Shown here piece after piece: positions 9,301 to 17,283 of a DNA stretch of 64,000 bases. The notes under the pieces are model-generated. The model made no database searches. It had not been told where the DNA came from and was given only the letters and a program-made list of their open reading frames with translations. The first letter of the stretch is position 1, and each line of letters opens with the position of its first letter. The DNA lies in assembly GCA_963675755.2 (NCBI GenBank), contig CAXXMD010000003.1, positions 1,536,001 through 1,600,000 of the forward strand. Direction: 5' to 3'. The translations under genes were made by a program, and so were the position numbers. This DNA is from a bacterium (GTDB lineage: Bacteria; Zhuqueibacterota; Zhuqueibacteria; Residuimicrobiales; Krinioviventaceae).

Positions 9301-11361
9301 ATTGATCTTGAAGCTGAGCTTTTGGAATCAGGTGACACGGAATCTGATGTTTTTGAACCCAGCCAGGAGATACCTGATCAAGAAACCCATTCAGATGATT
9401 TGGTAGAAGAACCGGATTTTATGGAATCGATTTTCGATGACTCTCATCCAGAGCTGTTGTCTGTAGAAGAACAGGATGAGGTTCAGGAACAATCCGAACC
9501 CGAGATGGAAGACGCGGTTGAACCACAGGAGACTGTTCTGGAGGATGAGAACAAAGAACCGGAGCTCTTGACAGTTGATAATCTTGAAAAAGAACCTGAT
9601 CTGATAGATACGCTTTCTGATGAAACGGATGAAGAAAGCCTGGAAGATATTTTTGCAACAGAAGATACTAAAGAATCGGAGCCAGACATGCAGGTTGATC
9701 AACCTGTTGCTGAATACAATAATGATCTTTTACAGGAAACAACACCTGACGAACAAACTGAACAAGATGAAGAACCGGATCTGGTAGAATCTTTGACTGT
9801 AGATATTGACGAGTCTATGTTTGCTTTTCCGGAAGAAGAGTCGGAATCTACCAGTGCGTTTGATGAATTCATGTTTGATCATGAAGAGGAAATAGAAACA
9901 CAGGCACAGGTGACTGTTACCGAAAAAGAAGAGATAGCTGAAACTGAAGAGCCGGAAGTTCAGTTTATTCATCAAACAGAAGTAATGGATGAAACCTCAA
10001 GTGATGAAGAAGAAATTGATATATTTGCAGATGTAGAAGAAGTTGATGATGAAAGTCTGTTTGTAAAAGAAGAACCCATTGAAGAAAATGATCTGGTAAC
10101 CAATGATTTCTTTGTTCAGGATGAAACAGAAAAGCAGGATCCTGAAATCAAAGATAACCGGTTTGATGTAATGGATATTTATGATCCTGAAATGGATAGT
10201 CAGGCTGAGCATAAAGATGCTATCACACATCCATTTAATGATGTATCTGAGCCAGAAACGGATGGACAGCCCCAATTAGATGAGCAGGTTTTTGAATCAA
10301 TTTCCGACTCTTCAATGGATTCTATAGATGACCATGTGTTTGAGCATTATGAAGAAAATGTTGCTGCTTCTGATGAAAATTTATCTCCTGCCGATATTTT
10401 ATTGGGCGATGAGGAAGATGAAACTTTATTAATAGATCCAAACAATCCTTTAATTGAAATACACAATCTGGATGAAGAACCCGATGTAACAGATTTGGGT
10501 GTAGAGGGGAAATATAAACCCCGGGATGTAGAGCAGGAAGAGAGAGATCTGATAGATATGCTGGATTCGGATGATACGCTGATTGAAGAGCCGGAAACAC
10601 CAGCGAGAAAATCGTTTTATGATCAACATAATGTAGAAGAAGCGGATGTTATTTCTGAAAGTAGTTATGATCAGACACCTCCGGCGGTTCAACCCTTTGA
10701 TGATTTGGTAAAATCTGAACATGATGACCAGCGTGACGCAGAGACGGTAAACTGGGAAGATGTTAAAGATGATTTTGATTTTTCCATTTCGTATGATGAT
10801 ATTTGGGAAATCAAAGAAATGAAACCCGAGACCCGTACTGGTGCAGTTCAATCCGCAGGCCCGGAAGAGGACAAAATGTCATTTGAAGAGTTGATTGAGC
10901 TGGCTGGTAAAGATGATAAAGATACAGGTACAGCTTCCTACACGGCAACGAATAGTCCTCAAAACCCAAATGTACAGCATGAAAAAGATCAATTGTTCCG
11001 TGATAAATTAATGACCAAAGCGATAAAGTTGTACGAAAAAGAGGAATATACCGAAGCCATTCAAGTGTTTTTAGATTTAAAGAAAAAACATCCTCAAGAT
11101 TACAAGGTCCACGGATATTTGGGGAATGCTTATTTTCATAATAAACAATATTCCAAAGCAGCCGTAGAATACGAACAAGTGCTGGAAATTAATGAAAATA
11201 ATATTCAGGCATGTGAAAATCTTGGTGTTGTTTACGCAAATCAGGGTAATTTGAGTAAAGCTATACAACAATGGGAAAAGTTGTTGACTATATCTCCCGA
11301 ACGTATAGATATTAAAAAAAGTATCGAACGCGCCAAAAAGTACTTGAATAAAATGGTTTAG
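6364..11361 (+). CDS. Membrane-bound partner-switching regulator: RsbW-like HATPase + 2TM/HAMP + SpoIIE/RsbU PP2C phosphatase + HTH + acidic linker + TPR
   Basis: DEAATNIIKHAY, D.G..FDP and GGLGIFMMRR (anti-sigma kinase motifs); VGGDYYD, ADVSGKG, SAGHNP, YTDGVTEA, DDIT (SpoIIE motifs); TTG start preceded by AAGGTG. Confidence 0.88.
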   Translation: MAKTSENEQLKIQANVDHLGELREFVTRIGKKYGYSERVVNAFKLSIDEAATNIIKHAYKEWDGDITIRAVKRKSSLTFVLIDNGKYFDPRQFKDPDLQKYVDIGKKGGLGIFMMRRLLDRIDYKKTEEGNELWLTKNKQEKPGRPKITVSPIPLGLKARYWLFSMAAFTIVLVLVYLFFFMDQNQVVLSRYIEKAREACSIVGSDISENLIPDNDLITDEIIDDLVKNGSMDPIILDYTNTSIKNLLNTEYSDILLNAFVVDNIQNILSTAEFDSVYFRILSRFDIPGENKKLEENVYEYRLPSGEKVVDYTWQVRNAEDRTLCTLHFLIDYQTIQKEINAARFSYLNLVLLVWVIGAAGLFLLIYLVMTPLKRLQDWVKTMNQPGDLEDLEIDTSTEVGEIAKAFSDITLKLRDSQANLAEQERLQKEMQVAQEIQQTLLPSEFPDLEGYDLASFYAAAKEVGGDYYDFVEVDQDTLGIVVADVSGKGVPGSLVMTMIRTALRTEARGVKDAAEVLTRVNDFVVNDMKKGMFVTLFYVIVDSKKRRINYASAGHNPMILYRASQKKTYYLNPKGFPIGISLPDKDLFKNSLESDSIALTEDDILIVYTDGVTEAMNTKRDLFGEERFLKVIQNNGESTADEFVENLKSEIMSFTEGSPQNDDITLVAIKEQTSAEKLELKRAKDAYLAIQNGKSVKQACKEAGISTYSYYNKYKTRFEENELDDVLADEPTEEFEVKQLSIEEKTKIYDVIKRFPEFGAKRISEELNSEHYENTVISPAKIYDELVSSRLNTKKLREGFIARGNRKKRMKPPGTPMLTIDGKIIVNKPKPEPRFELPEPVETEKHQEVITTGDIFNDEKPPEEEIPQNQEQETETIDSKEDQETISTVEETHEPIQIEEMSSEDVLTFEDLTDFSFDVNETFDEIESELSEAVDISETVAQEDTESLDDSSAKSSEENDVLNLVSDEQFDETQEVDTIDLEAELLESGDTESDVFEPSQEIPDQETHSDDLVEEPDFMESIFDDSHPELLSVEEQDEVQEQSEPEMEDAVEPQETVLEDENKEPELLTVDNLEKEPDLIDTLSDETDEESLEDIFATEDTKESEPDMQVDQPVAEYNNDLLQETTPDEQTEQDEEPDLVESLTVDIDESMFAFPEEESESTSAFDEFMFDHEEEIETQAQVTVTEKEEIAETEEPEVQFIHQTEVMDETSSDEEEIDIFADVEEVDDESLFVKEEPIEENDLVTNDFFVQDETEKQDPEIKDNRFDVMDIYDPEMDSQAEHKDAITHPFNDVSEPETDGQPQLDEQVFESISDSSMDSIDDHVFEHYEENVAASDENLSPADILLGDEEDETLLIDPNNPLIEIHNLDEEPDVTDLGVEGKYKPRDVEQEERDLIDMLDSDDTLIEEPETPARKSFYDQHNVEEADVISESSYDQTPPAVQPFDDLVKSEHDDQRDAETVNWEDVKDDFDFSISYDDIWEIKEMKPETRTGAVQSAGPEEDKMSFEELIELAGKDDKDTGTASYTATNSPQNPNVQHEKDQLFRDKLMTKAIKLYEKEEYTEAIQVFLDLKKKHPQDYKVHGYLGNAYFHNKQYSKAAVEYEQVLEINENNIQACENLGVVYANQGNLSKAIQQWEKLLTISPERIDIKKSIERAKKYLNKMV

Positions 11362-11390
11362 CAAAATATACTGTTCTTATTAAATAGATG

Positions 11391-11419
11391 TTGACATTGG
11401 TAAAGTGAACTCATATATT
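11391..11419 (+). promoter_or_regulatory. sigma70-type promoter upstream of the STAS gene
   Basis: TTGACA-17 bp-TATATT. Confidence 0.6.
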
Positions 11420-11487
11420 ATCTGATGCCCACAGTTTACGGGGCGTGAAATAAAAGATAATAGGGGTTTATACGGAGATATATTTAA

Positions 11488-12165
11488 ATGGAAGGTATTC
11501 AGTTGTCTGTTGACAGGGCTGGAACAAACAACAGCATATCTGTTATTAAGGTTGGCGGATACATTGACACAACCACATCAGCCGAATTGGAACACGCATT
11601 AAACGGTTTGATCAAAGCCGGATCTTATATGATCGTTATTGACCTGGGAAGAGTTGATTATGTAAGTAGTGCGGGTTGGGGAATTTTTATCAGCGAAATT
11701 AAAGGTATTCGTGAAAAAAGCGGCGATTTAAAGCTGGTCAATATGGTACCCGAAGTTTATGAAGTCTTTGAATTACTTGAATTTCATCATATATTAAAAG
11801 CATTTGACAGCATTCAGGATGCTGTTGCGGATTTTGAAAAAAATCTTGTAGGTTCCGTTTCAGAGCCCAAGAAAAGCAAACCCGAGCCACAGCCAGAGAG
11901 CAAACCGATTCAGCAGGATATTCCTCCTGTGCAAACAGAGACCAAACGTCCTTCACAGGCTGCCAATTTGTCGATTGACGAAAAGATACAAAGAATCGTT
12001 GCGGCCGAGCCTGATGCAAGCACCGTTCAGATCGTACGTATGTTAAATACATCTCAATATGGATTTGTCAAAATAGGCTGGTTTGGTTTACGTCGTGCGC
12101 TTAAACGTCTGGATCTGGACTCGAAACAAAAAAGAAAACTCCATGCCATTACTTATGATGGTTAA
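11488..12165 (+). CDS. STAS-domain anti-sigma factor antagonist (RsbV/SpoIIAA-like) with C-terminal HTH-like extension
   Basis: GYIDTTTSAEL...IDLGRVDYVSSAGWG (phosphoacceptor Ser motif); Pro/Lys linker, then a helical tail. Confidence 0.88.
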   Translation: MEGIQLSVDRAGTNNSISVIKVGGYIDTTTSAELEHALNGLIKAGSYMIVIDLGRVDYVSSAGWGIFISEIKGIREKSGDLKLVNMVPEVYEVFELLEFHHILKAFDSIQDAVADFEKNLVGSVSEPKKSKPEPQPESKPIQQDIPPVQTETKRPSQAANLSIDEKIQRIVAAEPDASTVQIVRMLNTSQYGFVKIGWFGLRRALKRLDLDSKQKRKLHAITYDG

Positions 12166-12216
12166 TCCACATTGGGGGTTAGTCATTCACCTTTTAAAAT
12201 TGAATCCTTTTTATTT

Positions 12217-13206
12217 ATGTTTATAGATTCTGCAAAAATACATGTTAAAGCCGGAGATGGCGGAGACGGATGTGTTGCGTTCCGTCGTGAAAAATATGTG
12301 CCCAAAGGCGGTCCCAGTGGTGGAGACGGTGGCAAGGGTGGAGATATTATATTTATAGCAGATTCATATATTCATACATTGATGGATTTTCGCTATCAGC
12401 GTGACTATAAAGGTGAGCGTGGCGGTCATGGACAGGGCTCCAACAAAACCGGTAAAGGCGGTAAAGACTGTATTATCAAAGTACCGGTTGGGACCGTTGT
12501 TTATGATGTTGATGAAAATGTAATTATTGCCGATATGGTAGAAAATGGACAGCAGGCGATTGTTGCCCAGGGAGGAAGAGGCGGAAGGGGCAATGCCCGT
12601 TTTAAATCTCCAACCAATCAGACCCCTCGTGTTTGTGAAGAGGGCGGCAAAGGTGAAGAAAAAAATCTGGCGCTTGAATTAAAGCTTTTAGCCGATGTGG
12701 GATTCGTAGGGCTTCCAAACGCTGGCAAGTCTACCTTGTTGTCTCGCATAACTGCAGCTAAACCCAAAATTGCAGATTACCCCTTTACTACATTGACACC
12801 CAACCTGGGAATTGTTAAAGTAAGGGAGTTTCAAAGTTTTGTTACGGCAGATATTCCGGGACTGATTGAAGGTGCGCATTTGGGAAAAGGATTGGGAATC
12901 CAGTTTCTAAAACATATTGAACGTACCCGTTTGTTATTGATTTTGCTCGATGCAACTTCAGAAACCCTTGAAGAAGATTTTGAAACTCTGCAGGGCGAGC
13001 TTGATTCTTATGGCCAGGGACTGGAACACAAGCCCAGAATGGTTGTGTATACAAAATTTGATTTAATAGACGATTCATTTAAACCCTTGACGCATAAAGC
13101 GTTGAAAAATGTACCAACTTTGATGATATCTTCGGTAACCGGGGAGAATATTCAGGAACTCACACAAATGGTGTGGGACCTGTTGAATTCTGAAACAGAA
13201 AAATAA
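12217..13206 (+). CDS. obgE: GTPase ObgE/CgtA
   Basis: MFIDSAKI..KAGDGGDG..FRREKYVPKGGP; GLPNAGKST; DYPFTTL.PNLG; DIPGLIEGA. Confidence 0.97.
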   Translation: MFIDSAKIHVKAGDGGDGCVAFRREKYVPKGGPSGGDGGKGGDIIFIADSYIHTLMDFRYQRDYKGERGGHGQGSNKTGKGGKDCIIKVPVGTVVYDVDENVIIADMVENGQQAIVAQGGRGGRGNARFKSPTNQTPRVCEEGGKGEEKNLALELKLLADVGFVGLPNAGKSTLLSRITAAKPKIADYPFTTLTPNLGIVKVREFQSFVTADIPGLIEGAHLGKGLGIQFLKHIERTRLLLILLDATSETLEEDFETLQGELDSYGQGLEHKPRMVVYTKFDLIDDSFKPLTHKALKNVPTLMISSVTGENIQELTQMVWDLLNSETEK

Positions 13207-13211
13207 TAAAC

Positions 13212-14315
13212 ATGAAAACATCCAGAGATACCCGGCAGTATCTTGAGGCGTTGTTCAGATTGTGTACGGTACCCCGTATCGGTTCAAAACGTATACGTTC
13301 TTTGGTTGCGCGTTTTGGCACTCCTGACAAGGTGTTTGGTGCGTCTGTACGGGAGCTTGTTGAAATTGAAGGCATTAGCAAGCAGCTTGCCCAGAATATC
13401 AAACAACACAAGAACGACTCTTTTATTGAAAACCAGATCCAACTATTGCAAACGCGTAACGCCAATGTTGTTTCATTTTGGCAGGACGAGTATCCGCCGT
13501 CTTTGAAGAATATACCGGATGCGCCCATCTTGCTGTACTATAAAGGTAACGGCTTACCAGTTGGGCAAAAGTCCCTTGCAATTGTTGGTACCCGGCACCC
13601 CAGTGCTTATGGAAAATTGATTACCGAGTCTTTCACTCGAGATCTGGTAAGAAACGGATTTACACTGGTGAGCGGTCTGGCAAGGGGAGTAGATACCATA
13701 GCACATCAGACAACTGTGAATGAAGGCGGACAAACCATAGCGGTTTTAGGCTCGGGAGTGGATGTGATCTATCCGTATGAAAACAAAAAGCTGTCAGAGT
13801 CTATTTGTGAAAAGGGTTTGCTGGTATCCGAGTTTCCATTGGGCACCAAGCCGGAAGCCATGTTTTTTCCGAGGAGAAACCGTATCATTGCGGGATTATG
13901 CTCTGCAACCCTGGTAATAGAAGCCGGAAAAAAGAGCGGAGCGCTTATAACGGCTGATCGGGCAATAGAACAGGGGAGTGATGTGTTTGCTGTTCCGGGG
14001 AACATCAACAGTCCCAAAAGCGCGGGCTGTAATCAGTTGATTCAGCAGGGGGCCAAGCTTATCACAAACGTTCAGGATATTCTGGAAGAATATGATTCTG
14101 TTGGCGCAGTACCTGTACAACAGCAGGCACCACCAGATCTGTCCGCGGATGAAAAGAAAATCTTTGATTTGTTATCAAATGAGCCTTTGCATATAGATCG
14201 ATTGTCAGAAAAAGCGGGATTGCCAACATCGCAGGTGCTGGGCGTGTTATTATCGCTTGAATTACGTAATCTTGCCAAACAGATCATAGGAAAACACTTT
14301 ATCAGGTCGTTTTAG
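13212..14315 (+). CDS. dprA: DNA-processing protein DprA
   Basis: AIVGTR.PS.YG, VSGLARGVD..AH, FPRRNRIIAG, KSGALITA, C-terminal winged helix. Confidence 0.96.
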   Translation: MKTSRDTRQYLEALFRLCTVPRIGSKRIRSLVARFGTPDKVFGASVRELVEIEGISKQLAQNIKQHKNDSFIENQIQLLQTRNANVVSFWQDEYPPSLKNIPDAPILLYYKGNGLPVGQKSLAIVGTRHPSAYGKLITESFTRDLVRNGFTLVSGLARGVDTIAHQTTVNEGGQTIAVLGSGVDVIYPYENKKLSESICEKGLLVSEFPLGTKPEAMFFPRRNRIIAGLCSATLVIEAGKKSGALITADRAIEQGSDVFAVPGNINSPKSAGCNQLIQQGAKLITNVQDILEEYDSVGAVPVQQQAPPDLSADEKKIFDLLSNEPLHIDRLSEKAGLPTSQVLGVLLSLELRNLAKQIIGKHFIRSF

Positions 14316-14350
14316 GCTGTCCGGTAAATTCAATAAAGTAAAAAAAATAT

Positions 14351-14379
14351 TTGACAAAGAATTATAAATTTTGTACATT
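14351..14379 (+). promoter_or_regulatory. sigma70-type promoter of the tRNA-Ser/gltX operon
   Basis: TTGACA-17 bp-TACATT, ending 15 bp upstream of the tRNA, with an A-rich tract upstream. Confidence 0.7.
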
Positions 14380-14394
14380 TATTGTCTATCAATC

Positions 14395-14478
14395 GGAGGG
14401 CTAGTCCTAATTGGTAAGGCAGCGGTCTTGAAAACCGCCGGGTTCGCGCCCTTGGGAGTTCGAGTCTCCCGCCCTCCG
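14395..14478 (+). tRNA. tRNA-Ser(TGA)
   Basis: GGAGGGC/GCCCTCC acceptor stem; GCGGT-CT TGA AA-ACCGC anticodon arm; long variable arm; GTTCGAGT T-loop; G discriminator; CCA not encoded. Confidence 0.93.
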
Positions 14479-14501
14479 CAAGACGTAAAGTAAGCTCATT
14501 C

Positions 14502-14588
14502 GGAGAGATGCCAGAGAGGCCGAATGGGGCGGCCTGCTAAGCCGTTGTAGGGGTTTCCCTACCGAGGGTTCGAATCCCTCTCTCTCCG
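14502..14588 (+). tRNA. tRNA-Ser(GCT)
   Basis: GGAGAGA/TCTCTCC acceptor stem; GCGGC-CT GCT AA-GCCGT anticodon arm; long variable arm GTAGGG/CCCTAC; GTTCGAATC. Confidence 0.95.
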
Positions 14589-14609
14589 CTAAAGAGACGG
14601 GAAAAAGAT

Positions 14610-14984
14610 ATGAGAATTTTAATTAAACGCTTGGAAATATGGTCTGTTGTTAAAATTGTCTTTTTATTATCTTTAATCCTCGGTTTCATTTTTAGCTTGC
14701 TTTACGCCGGATTTATTATGGTTATGAGCAGTTTTATGGGTGCTATTGGCGGAGAAGACATTACACCCATGTTACCGGCAAGCGGATTGTTAGCTATCCT
14801 TATTATTTTTGGAGGAACAATCAGTTTTGCCTTTTTTTATACCATCAGCGCTTTGATATTTTCATCGTTGTACAATATCTTTTCACGTATGGTTGGCGGC
14901 TTTACAATCGAAGCCGAACAGCTTGATAAAGATCTGGACGTCGTTTCCCAAACATATATATTGGATCAAGACAACAAAGAATAA
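14610..14984 (+). CDS. Small membrane protein, DUF3566-like
   Basis: IKRLEIWSVVKI start, two hydrophobic segments, LYN.FSRMVGGFTIE end. Confidence 0.6.
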   Translation: MRILIKRLEIWSVVKIVFLLSLILGFIFSLLYAGFIMVMSSFMGAIGGEDITPMLPASGLLAILIIFGGTISFAFFYTISALIFSSLYNIFSRMVGGFTIEAEQLDKDLDVVSQTYILDQDNKE

Positions 14985-14987
14985 GTT

Positions 14988-16481
14988 ATGACAAGAACGA
15001 GATTCGCGCCGAGTCCCACAGGTTTTGTTCACATCGGTGGACTGCGAACAGCACTGTACAATTATCTGTTCGCAAAAAAACATGGCGGGACTTTTATTTT
15101 GCGCATAGAAGATACTGACCGCACCCGCTTTGTAGAGGGTGCAACCGAAAACCTGATTTCCGCCCTGAACTGGGCCGGTCTGGTTCCTGATGAAGGTCCC
15201 GAAGCCGGCGGAGATTTTGGCCCCTATTTTCAATCTGAACGTACCGAGCTGTACAAAAAATATGCTCAGGAGCTTTTGGATAACGGCTATGCGTATATCG
15301 CCTTTGATACGCCGGAAGAAATGGATGAAAAGCGAAAATCCACCGGTAACCCGCATTTGAAATATGACGCTTCCATCCGTAATGAAATGCGCAACAGCTT
15401 GAATCTGGATAACGCCCAGGTACAGGAACTGATGGATGCGGAAACGCCACATGTCATCCGATTAAAGATTCCCGAGGACCGTACCTTTACATTCAAAGAT
15501 ATTATCCGTGGCGAAGTTTCTTTCAAGAGCGAACAAGTAGATGACCAGGTATTGATCAAATCTGACGGATTCCCCACATACCATTTGGCAAACGTAGTAG
15601 ATGATCACCTGATGGAGATCACGCATGTGATCCGTGGTGAAGAGTGGCTCAGCAGTGTTCCCAAGCATATCTATCTGTATGAATGCTTTGGCTGGCAGGC
15701 CCCTGAAATGGCGCATCTGCCGCTGATTCTGAATCCGGACAAATCCAAAATGTCCAAGCGCGACATCCAGTCGCTCGACGATTTGCCCCAAGGCAAAGTA
15801 GACCCGGATGTGGCCTCTTATGTGAAAAAAGGATTCGAACCGGAAGCGATCATAAATTATATAGCCTTACTGGGTTGGAATCCCGGTGAAGGCGATGAGC
15901 GACAGATCTTTACAAAAGAAGAGCTGGTGAACGAGTTCTCGCTAGAGCGCGTAAACAAGGCTGCGGCTATTTTTGATCTGCGCAAGTTGGAATGGGTAAA
16001 CGGCGAGCACATTACCCAACGTGATACAGCAGAGCTGGTTGAACAGGTAAAACCCCAACTGGCTGAAAAGGGACTGGATTATGGTTCCGAAGCGTATTTG
16101 TATCAAGTTGTGGACCTTTTAAAATCCCGCATGTTGTTTGTGGACCAGTTTGCCGTACTGGGGGAATATTTTTTTAAAGACCCGGAACAATATGATCCGC
16201 AGGTCGTAAAAAAAAGGTGGAAAGACGATTCAGTAAAATTAATACTTGAATTTGTTGATGAAATTGTTAAATTAGATGTGTTTGATAAAGAGTCGATTGA
16301 AAAAGCCCTCCATGTGGTGACCGAGCGAAATGAAGCCGGTACAGGTCGACTGATACACCCGGTACGGTTAGCGGTTTCCGGAATGGGTGTAGGTCCGGGA
16401 CTCTACGATATGTTGGTAGTCCTTGGTAAAGAAGCGGTGACAAGACGGCTGAAAGCAGGAGCTGAAGCCATTACACGTTGA
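14988..16481 (+). CDS. gltX: Glutamate--tRNA ligase
   Basis: RTRFAPSPTG..HIGG, LRIEDTD, YHLANVVDD, IRGEEW, KMSKR. Confidence 0.97.
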   Translation: MTRTRFAPSPTGFVHIGGLRTALYNYLFAKKHGGTFILRIEDTDRTRFVEGATENLISALNWAGLVPDEGPEAGGDFGPYFQSERTELYKKYAQELLDNGYAYIAFDTPEEMDEKRKSTGNPHLKYDASIRNEMRNSLNLDNAQVQELMDAETPHVIRLKIPEDRTFTFKDIIRGEVSFKSEQVDDQVLIKSDGFPTYHLANVVDDHLMEITHVIRGEEWLSSVPKHIYLYECFGWQAPEMAHLPLILNPDKSKMSKRDIQSLDDLPQGKVDPDVASYVKKGFEPEAIINYIALLGWNPGEGDERQIFTKEELVNEFSLERVNKAAAIFDLRKLEWVNGEHITQRDTAELVEQVKPQLAEKGLDYGSEAYLYQVVDLLKSRMLFVDQFAVLGEYFFKDPEQYDPQVVKKRWKDDSVKLILEFVDEIVKLDVFDKESIEKALHVVTERNEAGTGRLIHPVRLAVSGMGVGPGLYDMLVVLGKEAVTRRLKAGAEAITR

Positions 16482-16511
16482 AACGGTAACTCGTTTATAA
16501 TATAGCCAAAC

Positions 16512-16582
16512 TGGGGTGTCGTCCAGCGGCAGGACACATGACTCTGGCTCATGGAACCGGGGTTCGAATCCCTGCACCCCAG
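16512..16582 (+). tRNA. tRNA-Gln(CTG)
   Basis: TGGGGTG/CACCCCA acceptor stem; CATGA-CT CTG GC-TCATG anticodon arm; GTTCGAATC. Confidence 0.95.
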
Positions 16583-16592
16583 CACAATACAC

Positions 16593-16617
16593 AAGGTCGG
16601 TATATCCGGCCTTTTTG
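16593..16617 (+). terminator. Rho-independent terminator after tRNA-Gln
   Basis: AAGGTCGG-TATAT-CCGGCCTT followed by a T-run. Confidence 0.7.
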
Positions 16618-16672
16618 CGTTTTTGGGGGAACTGTGTTGCACCTCCCTGAGGTATCATAAAAGTATTACAAA

Positions 16673-16703
16673 GATCGTGACAGAGATTATCTCCGTCACG
16701 ATC
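16673..16703. repeat. 31-bp palindromic repeat, copy 1
   Basis: GATCGTGACAGAGA-TTA-TCTCCGTCACGATC. Confidence 0.9.
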
Positions 16704-16728
16704 AAATGAAAAGGGGGATAATAAACTG

Positions 16729-17049
16729 ATGAAATGGCCCGATACAGCAGACGGAGATGTTTTTAGAAGACTTGAAGGCGATAACTTTGATTTTACCAAG
16801 GAAGCCACTATTGACATAAACATTGATTTTGATCATTGGCCGTTATCTACTGAATGCATTCAATTTATGATAGCCCATTGGCCTGGTATTGAGATTATTG
16901 AACCCGAAGAAGATGATTATGGTTGGGCAACATTCCAAATCCGGACTCTACTCACTTATGAAATGATAGTAGATTATCAAATTAAAGTTTCAGAAATGAT
17001 ATCTCCCTATGGAGGAAGATGTGAATCATGGGGGTTGTTCAGCTCTTAG
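16729..17049 (+). CDS. Ribonuclease E inhibitor RraB-like small acidic protein
   Basis: WPDTADGDVFRRL...FDF...IDINIDF...YGGRCESWG pattern. Confidence 0.6.
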   Translation: MKWPDTADGDVFRRLEGDNFDFTKEATIDINIDFDHWPLSTECIQFMIAHWPGIEIIEPEEDDYGWATFQIRTLLTYEMIVDYQIKVSEMISPYGGRCESWGLFSS

Positions 17050-17283
17050 TTAGAAGTTAACCAAAACCTAAATAATTCTATCTGTAACAAAAACAAGTAC
17101 GGCTACGAGGTTGGATTTCCAGCTTTTTTTGTTTTGGGGGAAACAATTTTCTTGGGGATATAAAAAGTTGAATTATGTTCATTTTAATATTGACATTGAC
17201 GCTGGTAATTATTATCTATAATAAATCATTCCATTTAGGGGTTATTAGAGTTATAAAAAAGTTTTAAAGAATTGGAGGGTAAG

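Noticed and set aside
16368-16823. 151-aa minus-strand ORF over tRNA-Gln
   Set aside because: Overlaps gltX, the tRNA and the RraB-like gene in antisense.
17190-17222. sigma70 promoter for the FISUMP gene
   Set aside because: TTGACA/TTGACG and TATAAT are present, but the spacers are 21 and 15 bp; too ambiguous to call.
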